NCBI GenBank assembly: GCA_026396255.1
Contig: JAPLXD010000011.1
Coordinates: 1 to 47,129 of the forward strand
Direction: 5' to 3'
Origin: Candidatus Moraniibacteriota bacterium
GTDB taxonomy: Bacteria > Patescibacteriota > Minisyncoccia > Moranbacterales > UBA11712
Length of the DNA stretch: 47,129 nt
The translations under genes were made by a program, and so were the position numbers. This document shows positions 16,582 through 24,427 of this stretch, piece by piece. The notes beneath the pieces were generated by a model. That model was not told the DNA's origin and made no database searches. It saw only the letters and a program-made list of their open reading frames with translations. Position 1 is the stretch's first letter. The number at the start of each line of letters is the position of its first letter.

Positions 16582-17247
16582 ATGAGCTCTAAAAAAGCTA
16601 AAGAGAAATCTGGGTCGAAGCTAACTGATCCGATTGTGGCTTTCATTGTTGCTGCTTTCGGCAAGCCCGATACAACCGCCGAGAAAAACCTGCGGGAGAT
16701 GGTTGGTAAATTCTCCGCCCATCAAGGAGAATTCTTTCTTTTTATTAGGAGGGAGCAGGAATCTTTCAAAAGAGGGTTGATGCCGCCGCAGGATGATTTT
16801 TCTTACATCAAAACGACTCTCTATTTGTGCATAATCGAGGGAGAGTTGCGTTTCGGCGAAGCGGGGCATCCATTTCACTTTCCGATTCGGTTCCCTCACG
16901 CCGTGGGCGAGTTGATGGGCAATCCAAAACCCTGGGGACGTAACGTTTTTGAACCGGAGATTTTTTGCAGCTATGAGATACTCATGTCGCTCAAACAGCA
17001 GCAAAAAGTTTCGAGTATTGATCTTCCGGGGTTTGACATGGCTATTGGCAACGAGGAAGCAAAAGCCCTTATTATCGGCTATCAGACTATCCTTGATAAA
17101 CATCATGGAAAATTCCCATTAATGATCCCTGTCTATAAGATGTGCCTGCTCTTGGGTCGATGCCTGCATAATTTCCCTGAACAAGAGGCTCTGCTGATAA
17201 AAGACCGGGCGCAGTTTGCAAAAGCCACCAAAGAGATGGGAAAATAA
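16582..17247 (+). CDS. Hypothetical protein, no recognisable domain
   Basis: 221 aa from ATG 16582, with SD gggagggac 5-6 nt upstream. Followed by a strong terminator. The ORF-track start at 16516 is less likely. Confidence 0.55.
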   Translation: MSSKKAKEKSGSKLTDPIVAFIVAAFGKPDTTAEKNLREMVGKFSAHQGEFFLFIRREQESFKRGLMPPQDDFSYIKTTLYLCIIEGELRFGEAGHPFHFPIRFPHAVGELMGNPKPWGRNVFEPEIFCSYEILMSLKQQQKVSSIDLPGFDMAIGNEEAKALIIGYQTILDKHHGKFPLMIPVYKMCLLLGRCLHNFPEQEALLIKDRAQFAKATKEMGK

Positions 17248-17271
17248 TCTCCTGGAGGTATTGTATTCCCT

Positions 17272-17300
17272 GGACGGATCGCGTCAATCCGTCCTTTTTT
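17272..17300 (+). terminator. Intrinsic terminator
   Basis: ggacggat-cgcgtca-atccgtcc followed by tttttt. Confidence 0.8.
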
Positions 17301-17320
17301 ATTTCTATATTTTCAGACTA

Positions 17321-17348
17321 TTGACAAAAAATACTGACAGCTTATAAT
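17321..17348 (+). promoter_or_regulatory. Sigma-70-type promoter of the infA/alpha operon
   Basis: TTGACA-16 nt-TATAAT, about 90 nt upstream of infA. Confidence 0.6.
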
Positions 17349-17440
17349 GATTTTAGCGTTAAAAACAGATATTCAAGCCCTTGGATTGATCCGCAAATGA
17401 GACCTGCAATCTGAGGGGGCTTCGGCCTTCACTTTTATTT

Positions 17441-17662
17441 ATGCAACAAAAAGACAAGGAAATAATCAAACTCGACGGGGTGGTCAAAGAAACACTGCCC
17501 AGCACCACGTTTCGCGTGGAGCTTGAAAATGGCCACGAAATCCTTGCTCATATTTCCGGCCGGATGCGGGTGAATTATATCCGCCTTTTGCCGGGTGACA
17601 GGGTTTCCGTGGAAATGAGCCCGTACGACCTTACCAAGGGCCGTATAGTGAAAAGACTATGA
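17441..17662 (+). CDS. infA: Translation initiation factor IF-1
   Basis: 73 aa. [57 protein letters not shown]. Confidence 0.95.
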   Translation: MQQKDKEIIKLDGVVKETLPSTTFRVELENGHEILAHISGRMRVNYIRLLPGDRVSVEMSPYDLTKGRIVKRL

Positions 17663-17772
17663 AAGTAAGAGCATCAGTCAAAAAAATTTGCCAAAAATGC
17701 AAAATTGTCCGGCGGAAAGGCAAGCTTTTTGTGATTTGTACAAATCCGAAACATAAGCAGCGTCAAGGATAA
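17659..17772 (+). CDS. rpmJ: 50S ribosomal protein L36
   Basis: Not in the ORF track (37 aa). [41 protein letters not shown] overlap with the infA stop. Confidence 0.92.
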   Translation: MKVRASVKKICQKCKIVRRKGKLFVICTNPKHKQRQG

Positions 17773-17774
17773 AT

Positions 17775-18164
17775 ATGGCGAGAATTGCAGGGGTAAGCAT
17801 CCCCGACAACAAAAGAATAGTGATCGCCCTCACCTATATATACGGTGTTGGCTCTTCGAGGAGCAAAGAAGTGCTCACGGCTTTGAAATTGAACTCTGAC
17901 ACGAGAACCAAAGATCTTTCCGAAACAGACGTGAACAAGCTCAAGGATTATATTGAGAAAAACTTCACTATCGAAGGAGAGCTCAAACACCAAAAGCAGA
18001 TGAATATCCGGCGGCTCAAAGACATTGGTTGCTATCGAGGAATCCGCCATATGAAAGGGCTCACGGTGCGAGGACAGCGAACCCGGACGAATACCCGAAC
18101 TGTGCGTGGGAATGTGAGAAAGACAGCCGGAAGCGGCCGGCGCAAGGCGGCAGAAAAGACGTAG
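17775..18164 (+). CDS. rpsM: 30S ribosomal protein S13
   Basis: MARIAGVSIPDNKRIVIALTYIYGVG...CYRGIRHMKGLTVRGQRTRTN. Confidence 0.95.
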   Translation: MARIAGVSIPDNKRIVIALTYIYGVGSSRSKEVLTALKLNSDTRTKDLSETDVNKLKDYIEKNFTIEGELKHQKQMNIRRLKDIGCYRGIRHMKGLTVRGQRTRTNTRTVRGNVRKTAGSGRRKAAEKT

Positions 18165-18183
18165 TCAGTATTTAGTATTTTGT

Positions 18184-18705
18184 ATGGCAGAGGAAAATAT
18201 TGAAAAAGAAGCGAAAAAAGCGCCTAAAGCTGAAGAAAAATCAGCGGCTGTTGAAGTTGAAAAAAAAGAAGCCGAAGCCGGAACTGAAGGGAAAGCTGAA
18301 CCCGCAGACGGGGAAAAAGCGGCGGAAGTGAAAAAAAAGAAGAAAAAATTGCGGCGCCAAGTCCTCAAAGGTCAGGCCCATATCCAATGCACATACAACA
18401 ATACCTTGCTGACTTTTTCGGATATGAGTGGGAAAGTGCTGGCATGGGCAAGTGCCGGTTCCCTCGGTTTCAAGGGCGCGAAAAAAGCGACGCCGTATGC
18501 CGCGACGCAGATTGTGAATGCCGCTTCAGAAAAAGTCTCCAAATACGGATTGCGAGAGATTGAAGTATATGTCAAGGGAGTCGGAAGCGGACGGGAAGCC
18601 TCAATCCGGGCGCTCGTGAACAATGATTTTGAAATAATGCTCATCAAGGATATCACTCCCATTCCTCACAATGGCTGCCGGCCGCGAAAGCCGAGACGAG
18701 TCTAA
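18184..18705 (+). CDS. rpsK: 30S ribosomal protein S11 with a ~55-aa K/E/A-rich N-terminal extension
   Basis: Core GQAHIQCTYNNTLLTFSD...GFKGAKKATPYAA...ITPIPHNGCRPRKPRRV, preceded by AEENIEKEAKKAPKAEEK...KKKKKKLRR. Confidence 0.93.
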   Translation: MAEENIEKEAKKAPKAEEKSAAVEVEKKEAEAGTEGKAEPADGEKAAEVKKKKKKLRRQVLKGQAHIQCTYNNTLLTFSDMSGKVLAWASAGSLGFKGAKKATPYAATQIVNAASEKVSKYGLREIEVYVKGVGSGREASIRALVNNDFEIMLIKDITPIPHNGCRPRKPRRV

Positions 18706-18720
18706 TAATATAGCAAAAAG

Positions 18721-19359
18721 ATGACCAAATTATCCGCCAAATGCAAACTCTGCCGGCGCGCCGGAGAAAAACTTTTTTTGAAAGGTGACCGTTGCGGCAC
18801 GCCAAAGTGTGCTATTGTTCGGAAACCCTCTCCGCCGGGAATGCATGGCGCCAAGAGCCGCAGAGGAAACAAAAGCGAATATGGCCAGCAGTTGGCTATG
18901 AAACAGCGGATCAAGCGGATCTATGCCGTTTTGGAGCGCCAATTAAACAAGTATTTCAAGGAAGTGAGCAACAAGCAGGGCGTGACCGGGGATCTTTTGA
19001 TGCAAAAGCTGGAGCTGCGCCTTGACAATGTGGTATATCGGGCGGGATTTGCCTCCAGCCGGCGACAAGCCCGGCAATTGGTCAAGCACTCTCTTTTCCT
19101 GGTGAACGGAAAGAGTGCGAATATCCCCTCAATTGAATTGAAAAACGCAGACGTGGTGAGCATCAAAGAAAACAAGTCCAACAAAAACTATTTCAAACAA
19201 GTTTTGGCGACGATAAAAGAAAGTAAAGGAACCGGACTTCCAAAATGGATGCAAATGGATCCGGAAAAGGCTATTTTGGAGATCAAGGGGAGGCCGACAA
19301 GAGACGATTTTGGCGCCGGCATTGACGCGCAGATGGTGGTTGAATTCTATTCGCGCTAG
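18721..19359 (+). CDS. rpsD: 30S ribosomal protein S4
   Basis: [45 protein letters not shown]. Confidence 0.95.
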   Translation: [212 protein letters not shown]

Positions 19360-19407
19360 TTTTTATTAAGCATAAAAAGATTAAGTTTTAGAATTAAATT
19401 CAAAAAA

Positions 19408-20385
19408 ATGCAAAAAATTTCTCTGCCGTCCGCACCCAAATACACGGAAGTTGGCAAAAACATCGGAAAAATAGAAATTGACGGATGCTATCCCGGATAT
19501 GGGACGACTCTGGGCAATTCACTTCGCCGGGTGCTTCTTTCGTCTCTCGTCGGCACGGCCGCCACTTCCGTGAAGATCAAAGGCGTGTCGCATGAATTTT
19601 CAACTGTTCCCGGAGTTTTGGAGGATGTGATCCAAATAATCTTGAATTTGAAGAAAGTTAGATTTTTGTCCCACAGTGATGAGCCGGTGAAACTTACGCT
19701 CAAAGAAAAAGGCGTCAAAAAGATCACAGCGGCCCAGATCCAATGTCCTTCGGATGTTGAAGTGATCAGCAAAGATCTCCCGATTGCGACAATCACCGAC
19801 AAAAAAGGCGAGTTGGAACTGGAAATTGAAGTTCAGCTGGGATTGGGCTATGTTCCGGTTGAACAGCAAGTGCGCGAGAAAAAAGAAATCGGACTCATTG
19901 CAATCGACGCCGTGTTTACGCCTGTCCGCAGAGTCAATTATTCCGTTGAAAATACGCGTGTGGGAAAAAGGACCGATTATGACAAAATTGTGCTCGAAAT
20001 AGAAACAGATGGGTCCGTTTCTCCTCAAGAAGCGTTCCAGAAAGCGGTTGAAACGATTACGGAACAGTTCAGCGCGGTAAAAGATTTTGAGGTTGAAAAA
20101 GAAAGTATATCCAATGAAGAAGAGGATATTCAGGAGCAAGCGCCTGTTGCGGCGGAAAAAGATGAAGCTGAAAAAAACGATGCCAGCGCTAAAGACGTTT
20201 CGATTGAAAGCCTCTCCTTTTCCACCCGAACCATGAACGTGCTTGAGAAAAGCAATATCAAAACCATCGAGGATCTCATCGCCATGACAGAAGAAGAATT
20301 GATGAATATCGAAGGAATGGGGCAAAAGGGAGCCAAAGAAATAAAGAAAGCCGTAGGTAATTTTGGTTTAACGCTGAAATCATAA
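19408..20385 (+). CDS. rpoA: DNA-directed RNA polymerase subunit alpha
   Basis: GYGTTLGNSLRRVLLSSL, an acidic linker, and a C-terminal domain LSFSTRTMNVLEKSNIKTIEDL. Confidence 0.93.
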   Translation: MQKISLPSAPKYTEVGKNIGKIEIDGCYPGYGTTLGNSLRRVLLSSLVGTAATSVKIKGVSHEFSTVPGVLEDVIQIILNLKKVRFLSHSDEPVKLTLKEKGVKKITAAQIQCPSDVEVISKDLPIATITDKKGELELEIEVQLGLGYVPVEQQVREKKEIGLIAIDAVFTPVRRVNYSVENTRVGKRTDYDKIVLEIETDGSVSPQEAFQKAVETITEQFSAVKDFEVEKESISNEEEDIQEQAPVAAEKDEAEKNDASAKDVSIESLSFSTRTMNVLEKSNIKTIEDLIAMTEEELMNIEGMGQKGAKEIKKAVGNFGLTLKS

Positions 20386-20398
20386 GAATTTCAATTCA

Positions 20399-20821
20399 AT
20401 GAAGCATCAGAAGATTGGCAGAAAATTCAGCCGGGAAAAGAAGCAGCGAGAAGCCATGCTCAAGATCATGCTGGGCGATTTGTTCATCAAAAGAAAAATG
20501 AAGACAACCCTTGCCAAAGCCAAGGAGCTGAAAATGATTGCAGAGAAAATGATCGGCCAAATGAAAAATCCGCAGTCACTCCGGCTTTTGAAGTCAAGAT
20601 TGCCGCGCAATATCACCCCGGCGATCATTCGTGACCTGGCGGCAAAAACTGCTTCGCGAAACAGCGGATATCTGAGAGTTTTGAAGTGCGGCGCGCGCAA
20701 ATCAGATAGCGCGCAAATAGCGATCATTGAAATTATTGAAGATAAAAATAACGAGAGCAAGTCCGCCAAAGGCGGATCTCAGCCAAAGGCTGACCAGCCT
20801 CTGGCTGGCGCCAAAAAATAA
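20399..20821 (+). CDS. rplQ: 50S ribosomal protein L17 with a palindrome-encoded C-terminal tail
   Basis: MKHQKIGRKFSREKKQREAMLKIM...TTLAKAKELK. The tail is SAKGGSQPKADQPLAGAKK. Confidence 0.92.
   Translation: MKHQKIGRKFSREKKQREAMLKIMLGDLFIKRKMKTTLAKAKELKMIAEKMIGQMKNPQSLRLLKSRLPRNITPAIIRDLAAKTASRNSGYLRVLKCGARKSDSAQIAIIEIIEDKNNESKSAKGGSQPKADQPLAGAKK
20778..20808 (+). repeat. 31-nt double-palindrome module, copy 2 (inside the rplQ tail)
   Basis: ctcagccaaaggctgaccagcctctggctgg, preceded by a third palindrome tccgcc-aaa-ggcgga (20762-20776). Confidence 0.85.
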
Positions 20822-20824
20822 GCT

Positions 20825-21229
20825 ATGAAAAAGTATTATCTTATCAACTGTGAAAATTTCATCTTGGGCCGCATGTCGACTAAGATTGCTTTCTTGCTTC
20901 AAGGCAAGGATAAGCCGCAATATGCTCCGAACAAGGTAGGTGATTGTTTTGTCATTGTCACAAACACCGACAGGTTGAACGTTTCCGGCCGGAAAAAAAG
21001 TGACAAGATGTACCATTCGTTTTCCGGTTATCCCGGAGGGATCACATCGCGGAAACTCGAGGATGTTTTGGAAAGAGATTCACGCAAGATTGTTTGGGAA
21101 TCTGTCTATGGGATGTTTCCAAAAAATAAGCTGCGTGACCCGATGATGAAAAAAATGCTCATCTTCAAGGATGATAAGCATGGCGTGCAGAATGCCGAAA
21201 TCGAAGAAATAAAGGCGCAAAAAGCTTAA
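20825..21229 (+). CDS. rplM: 50S ribosomal protein L13
   Basis: ILGRMSTKIAFLLQGKDKPQYAP, YHSFSGYPGG, MFPKNKL. Confidence 0.93.
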   Translation: MKKYYLINCENFILGRMSTKIAFLLQGKDKPQYAPNKVGDCFVIVTNTDRLNVSGRKKSDKMYHSFSGYPGGITSRKLEDVLERDSRKIVWESVYGMFPKNKLRDPMMKKMLIFKDDKHGVQNAEIEEIKAQKA

Positions 21230-21252
21230 GTCTCAACTATTTTATATCCATT

Positions 21253-21771
21253 ATGGCAACAGCCAAGAAAATTTCAAAAAAAGAACCTGCCCGAAATGCT
21301 GCGCATAACGCTGCAGGCGGGTCAAAAGTTGTTGAATCTGCAGCCAAAACAGTTTTGGCGGAAAAATATTTCCAGGGAATTGGACGGAGAAAACTTTCCA
21401 CGGCCCGGGTGAAAATTTTTGTTTTCGCCGGGAAAAAAATATCAAAAGCCGAACCCGAAATCGTGGTCAACGGAAAGCCGCATAAGGAATATTTCACATT
21501 GCTCGAGCTCAAAGAAATTGTCGCCTCTCCCTTGAAAGCGGTTTCTCCTGATGGAATTTCGAAAGTTTCGGTCGCGGTGCGGGGCGGCGGAATCCGGGGG
21601 CAGGCCGAAGCGGTGAGATTGGGGATTGCGAGAGCCTTGGTTTTGAAAGATCAAGAATTCAAAAAGACGCTCAAGGATCTGGGCTATCTGACCCGGGATG
21701 CGAGAATGGTTGAAAGAAAGAAGGCCGGGCTCAAGAAGGCTCGCCGCGCCCCACAATTCTCGAAGCGGTAG
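21253..21771 (+). CDS. rpsI: 30S ribosomal protein S9 with an N-terminal extension
   Basis: GIGRRKLSTARVKI ... GGGIRGQAEAVRLGIARAL ... LTRDARMVERKKAGLKKARRAPQFSKR. Confidence 0.93.
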   Translation: MATAKKISKKEPARNAAHNAAGGSKVVESAAKTVLAEKYFQGIGRRKLSTARVKIFVFAGKKISKAEPEIVVNGKPHKEYFTLLELKEIVASPLKAVSPDGISKVSVAVRGGGIRGQAEAVRLGIARALVLKDQEFKKTLKDLGYLTRDARMVERKKAGLKKARRAPQFSKR

Positions 21772-21786
21772 CGTTTTTTCTATAAA

Positions 21787-21816
21787 TTGACAAAATTTCA
21801 GCAAAATTGCTATCAT
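21787..21816 (+). promoter_or_regulatory. Candidate sigma-70-type promoter
   Basis: TTGACA-18 nt-TATCAT, upstream of the 21856 gene. Confidence 0.4.
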
Positions 21817-21855
21817 AAAGCTCAAAGAACATTAATAACTTAGCTAGAAAGGAAG

Positions 21856-22512
21856 GTGTATAAAGTGGAAAAAGAACCCGTCACTTCTGAAGAGGAAAAT
21901 AAAGAAGAATCTTCAGAAAATGGGAGGGAAAAAATGAATGAGTGGTTCACGGAAAATCTTCGGATGATCGTGAGCGTCGTGATCGTAGTTGTCATCGCCG
22001 GGGGTATATATTCATATTCCAAGCGAGCCCAAGCTCCGAACATGAAGAGCGCTGCAACATCAACGGAACAGAATTCAGAAGGGAAAATCAGCGTGATCGG
22101 CGGAGACAACCAAGCTACAAATGACAATCAGCAAGCCGCTCCGGAAGCAGCCGCCCAGCCGCAAAACCAGACTTCGGAAAATGTCCAAGCCGCCGGGGTG
22201 CAAACCAGCCAAGAAACAGAAACTTCTTTTGTGGAAACTGCCGCAAAGGGAGAAGGATCAACAAATCTGGCGCGAAGAGCTCTCGCCAACTATCTGGAAA
22301 AAAATCCGGATTCATCGCTTACTGCCGAACACAAGATATATATTGAGGATCTTCTGCGCCGGCAAGTCAAGGATGGCAGGATGAAAATCGGCGACAAGCG
22401 TGAATTCAGCAAGGATATGATTGCGAAAGCAATCGAAAAATCGAAGAGTCTCAATGACAAGCAACTCAAGAATCTTCAAAAATATTCACATCGAGTTTCA
22501 GCATTGAAATAA
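21856..22512 (+). CDS. Membrane-anchored hypothetical protein
   Basis: Acidic N-terminus, one TM (MIVSVVIVVVIAGGIY), and a Q/A/T-rich linker. Start is GTG 21856 or in-frame GTG 21865, after SD aggaagg. A terminator follows. Confidence 0.55.
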   Translation: MYKVEKEPVTSEEENKEESSENGREKMNEWFTENLRMIVSVVIVVVIAGGIYSYSKRAQAPNMKSAATSTEQNSEGKISVIGGDNQATNDNQQAAPEAAAQPQNQTSENVQAAGVQTSQETETSFVETAAKGEGSTNLARRALANYLEKNPDSSLTAEHKIYIEDLLRRQVKDGRMKIGDKREFSKDMIAKAIEKSKSLNDKQLKNLQKYSHRVSALK

Positions 22513-22554
22513 CCATTTGAAAAATATCGTTCTTTCTGATATAACACCAAAGGG

Positions 22555-22577
22555 CACCGACATTGTCGGTGTTTTTT
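22555..22577 (+). terminator. Intrinsic terminator
   Basis: caccgac-att-gtcggtg followed by tttttt. Confidence 0.8.
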
Positions 22578-22662
22578 GGTACGAAATTAAGAATAAAAAT
22601 TAGACAAACGCTTAAAGATAATCTAGTATAGAATTGTTTGGAATAAGATTATTGCTTGAATT

Positions 22663-24135
22663 ATGACTGTTTTTTATCGCAAACTCTTTTTTTGGATATT
22701 TGTCCTTCTTTTTCTGACAACCACCCCGGTGGCTATTTTGTATTCCCAGGGTTATCGTTTCGACCAGTACAAGAAAATATTTATCCACAGCGGGTCGATT
22801 ACCGTGAAATCAACTCCAGCCAGCGCCAATATATATCTCAACGGGAAGCTTCAATCATCCAGCGCGTTCAACATAATCAACAATTCGACGACAATAAATG
22901 GCTTGCGTCCCGGAAACTATGATCTCAGGGTTTCGGCTGACGGATACGGAACTTGGGAAAAAAATGTTGATGTGCACAGCGGAGTGTCGACTGAATTTTG
23001 GAATATAGTTCTTGCTCCCCAAAAAAATACTCCCAAAGAACTTTCCGCCGCCGGCGTCGATCGATATTTTCCATCACCTTTTGGAAAAAATGTGGCCTAT
23101 GTCAAAAAAAATGGAGCAAATCTCGAAGTGTGGTCGATTACCAGAAGTAGCAACGCATCGACGCTCATTCTTTCCCAAAAAGACTTTGATTTTTCAAGCG
23201 ATGAACTTGAAAACATTGAATGGAACACCAAAGAAACATTATTCATTGTTCCGGTTGAGCATGGCGGTAAGGGCGATTTCATTGTTTTGGATTCAATAAA
23301 AGCACAAGATCCGATATTTCTCTCCCAGGCCACCGGTCTCTCCGGAATGGATCACGTCCGTTGGAGCCCGGCCAATCAAAACGAAATATATTTTGTCGCG
23401 AAAGACGACAGCGGCGCCCAAGATAACTTGTACAGGATGGATCTTAGCGCAGGTAAACCAGAAATTATTCTTGAAGGAATCAAGTCGTATGATCTTTCAA
23501 AAAATTCTATATATTTTCTGCGACAGAACAATATAGTTTACAAAACTGATTTGGACGGGAAGAATGAAGACCAGCTGGTCTTGGCGCCGATAGATCTCTC
23601 CGGATCGGATGAGAAAACAAGGCTCATTGCGTATGATGACAATCGGCAGGCTATCGTTTCCGAATCCGGCGAACTGTATGTCCACAACAACGGCGAAACA
23701 ACGGGAGATACTCTCAAAAAAATAGCCGATGGGATAAAAAGCGTGCAGTTTTCAAATGACGGAAAGAAACTTCTTTATTGGAGCGACAATGAAATCAACG
23801 TACTCTATTTGCGAAAGTGGGATGTTCAGCCGAGGAGAGAGGAAAATGAAACCCAACAAATCGTCCGTATCTCATCTCCCGTGAAAAATGTTTTTTGGTA
23901 TCGCGACTATGAGCATATTTTCTTCAGTACGCAAAATTACGTGAAGATCATCGAGCTCGATTCGCGCGATCACAGGGCAATCGATGATATTTTCAAATAT
24001 AATTCGGAAAATTTCTTGAGCTCGTATGACAGCGCAAACGGCATATACTATTATGTTGACGAAGTTGAAGGGACAAGAAAACTATTTTATCTTTATATCC
24101 CCGCACAAACAAATTTTTTCGGAGGAGGAGGCTAA
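22663..24135 (+). CDS. Membrane-anchored PEGA-domain protein with a beta-propeller-like (TolB-like) C-terminal region
   Basis: N-terminal TM. PEGA-like ITVKSTPASANIYLNGK...GNYDLRVSADGYGTWEKNVDV. The remainder has repetitive beta-strand character. The domain call for the C-terminal part is tentative. Confidence 0.6.
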   Translation: MTVFYRKLFFWIFVLLFLTTTPVAILYSQGYRFDQYKKIFIHSGSITVKSTPASANIYLNGKLQSSSAFNIINNSTTINGLRPGNYDLRVSADGYGTWEKNVDVHSGVSTEFWNIVLAPQKNTPKELSAAGVDRYFPSPFGKNVAYVKKNGANLEVWSITRSSNASTLILSQKDFDFSSDELENIEWNTKETLFIVPVEHGGKGDFIVLDSIKAQDPIFLSQATGLSGMDHVRWSPANQNEIYFVAKDDSGAQDNLYRMDLSAGKPEIILEGIKSYDLSKNSIYFLRQNNIVYKTDLDGKNEDQLVLAPIDLSGSDEKTRLIAYDDNRQAIVSESGELYVHNNGETTGDTLKKIADGIKSVQFSNDGKKLLYWSDNEINVLYLRKWDVQPRREENETQQIVRISSPVKNVFWYRDYEHIFFSTQNYVKIIELDSRDHRAIDDIFKYNSENFLSSYDSANGIYYYVDEVEGTRKLFYLYIPAQTNFFGGGG

Positions 24136-24139
24136 TTTA

Positions 24140-24207
24140 TCCCTCACCAATTTTTTTGCGAAAGAAAGAAAATACTTTCATCGCGAGTACTAAAAATTGG
24201 TGAGGGA
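24140..24207. repeat. Perfect 16-bp inverted repeat separated by 36 nt
   Basis: tccctcaccaattttt (24140-24155) and aaaaattggtgaggga (24192-24207). Confidence 0.85.
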
Positions 24208-24213
24208 CGAGCC

Positions 24214-24222
24214 TGTGGATAA
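24214..24222 (-). promoter_or_regulatory. Perfect DnaA-box 9-mer (TGTGGATAA on the + strand)
   Basis: Exact reverse complement of TTATCCACA, 10 nt upstream of the -35 of the micro-ORF promoter. Confidence 0.5.
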
Positions 24223-24232
24223 CTTTTTTGAC

Positions 24233-24261
24233 TTGCAATTGAAAAATAATCCATCTATAAT
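24233..24261 (+). promoter_or_regulatory. Sigma-70-type promoter of the Lys-rich micro-ORF
   Basis: TTGCAA-17 nt-TATAAT. Confidence 0.6.
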
Positions 24262-24321
24262 AAAAACAATTCTAAAAAAATCCAAGAAATAAAAAATAAA
24301 ATTGAAGGGAGGTGAAACACA

Positions 24322-24396
24322 ATGGCAAAGAAAAAGAAAGCAGCCAAGAAGAAAGTTGCAAAGAAAAAAGTTGCAAAGAAAAAAAAGAAAAGATAG
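24322..24396 (+). CDS. 24-aa polycationic Lys/Ala-rich micro-protein
   Basis: MAKKKKAAKKKVAKKKVAKKKKKR. SD ggaggtga (24308-24315) lies 6 nt before the ATG. It has its own promoter upstream and a bidirectional terminator downstream. It is below the ORF-track length cutoff. Confidence 0.5.
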   Translation: MAKKKKAAKKKVAKKKVAKKKKKR

Positions 24397-24427
24397 TCTG
24401 AATCAATTTTCTTTTTGCAATAGAAAA

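Noticed and set aside
19600-20325. Long antisense ORFs opposite conserved genes. Examples are the 241-aa ORF opposite rpoA, 30655-31284 opposite pheS, 36373-37044 opposite valS/ispH, 3355-3861 opposite rfbC, and 6590-7084 opposite galU.
   Set aside because: Each lies fully within a gene whose product has unmistakable family motifs on the other strand. Their translations are low-complexity and lack start signals.
24136-24321. Replication origin (oriC), suggested by the DnaA box, AT-rich sequence and large inverted repeat.
   Set aside because: Only one perfect box lies in this spacer, and I found no convincing cluster of degenerate boxes. dnaA, dnaN and other origin-linked genes are absent from the window. 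The box sits in a promoter-proximal position instead. This needs genome-wide GC skew to settle.
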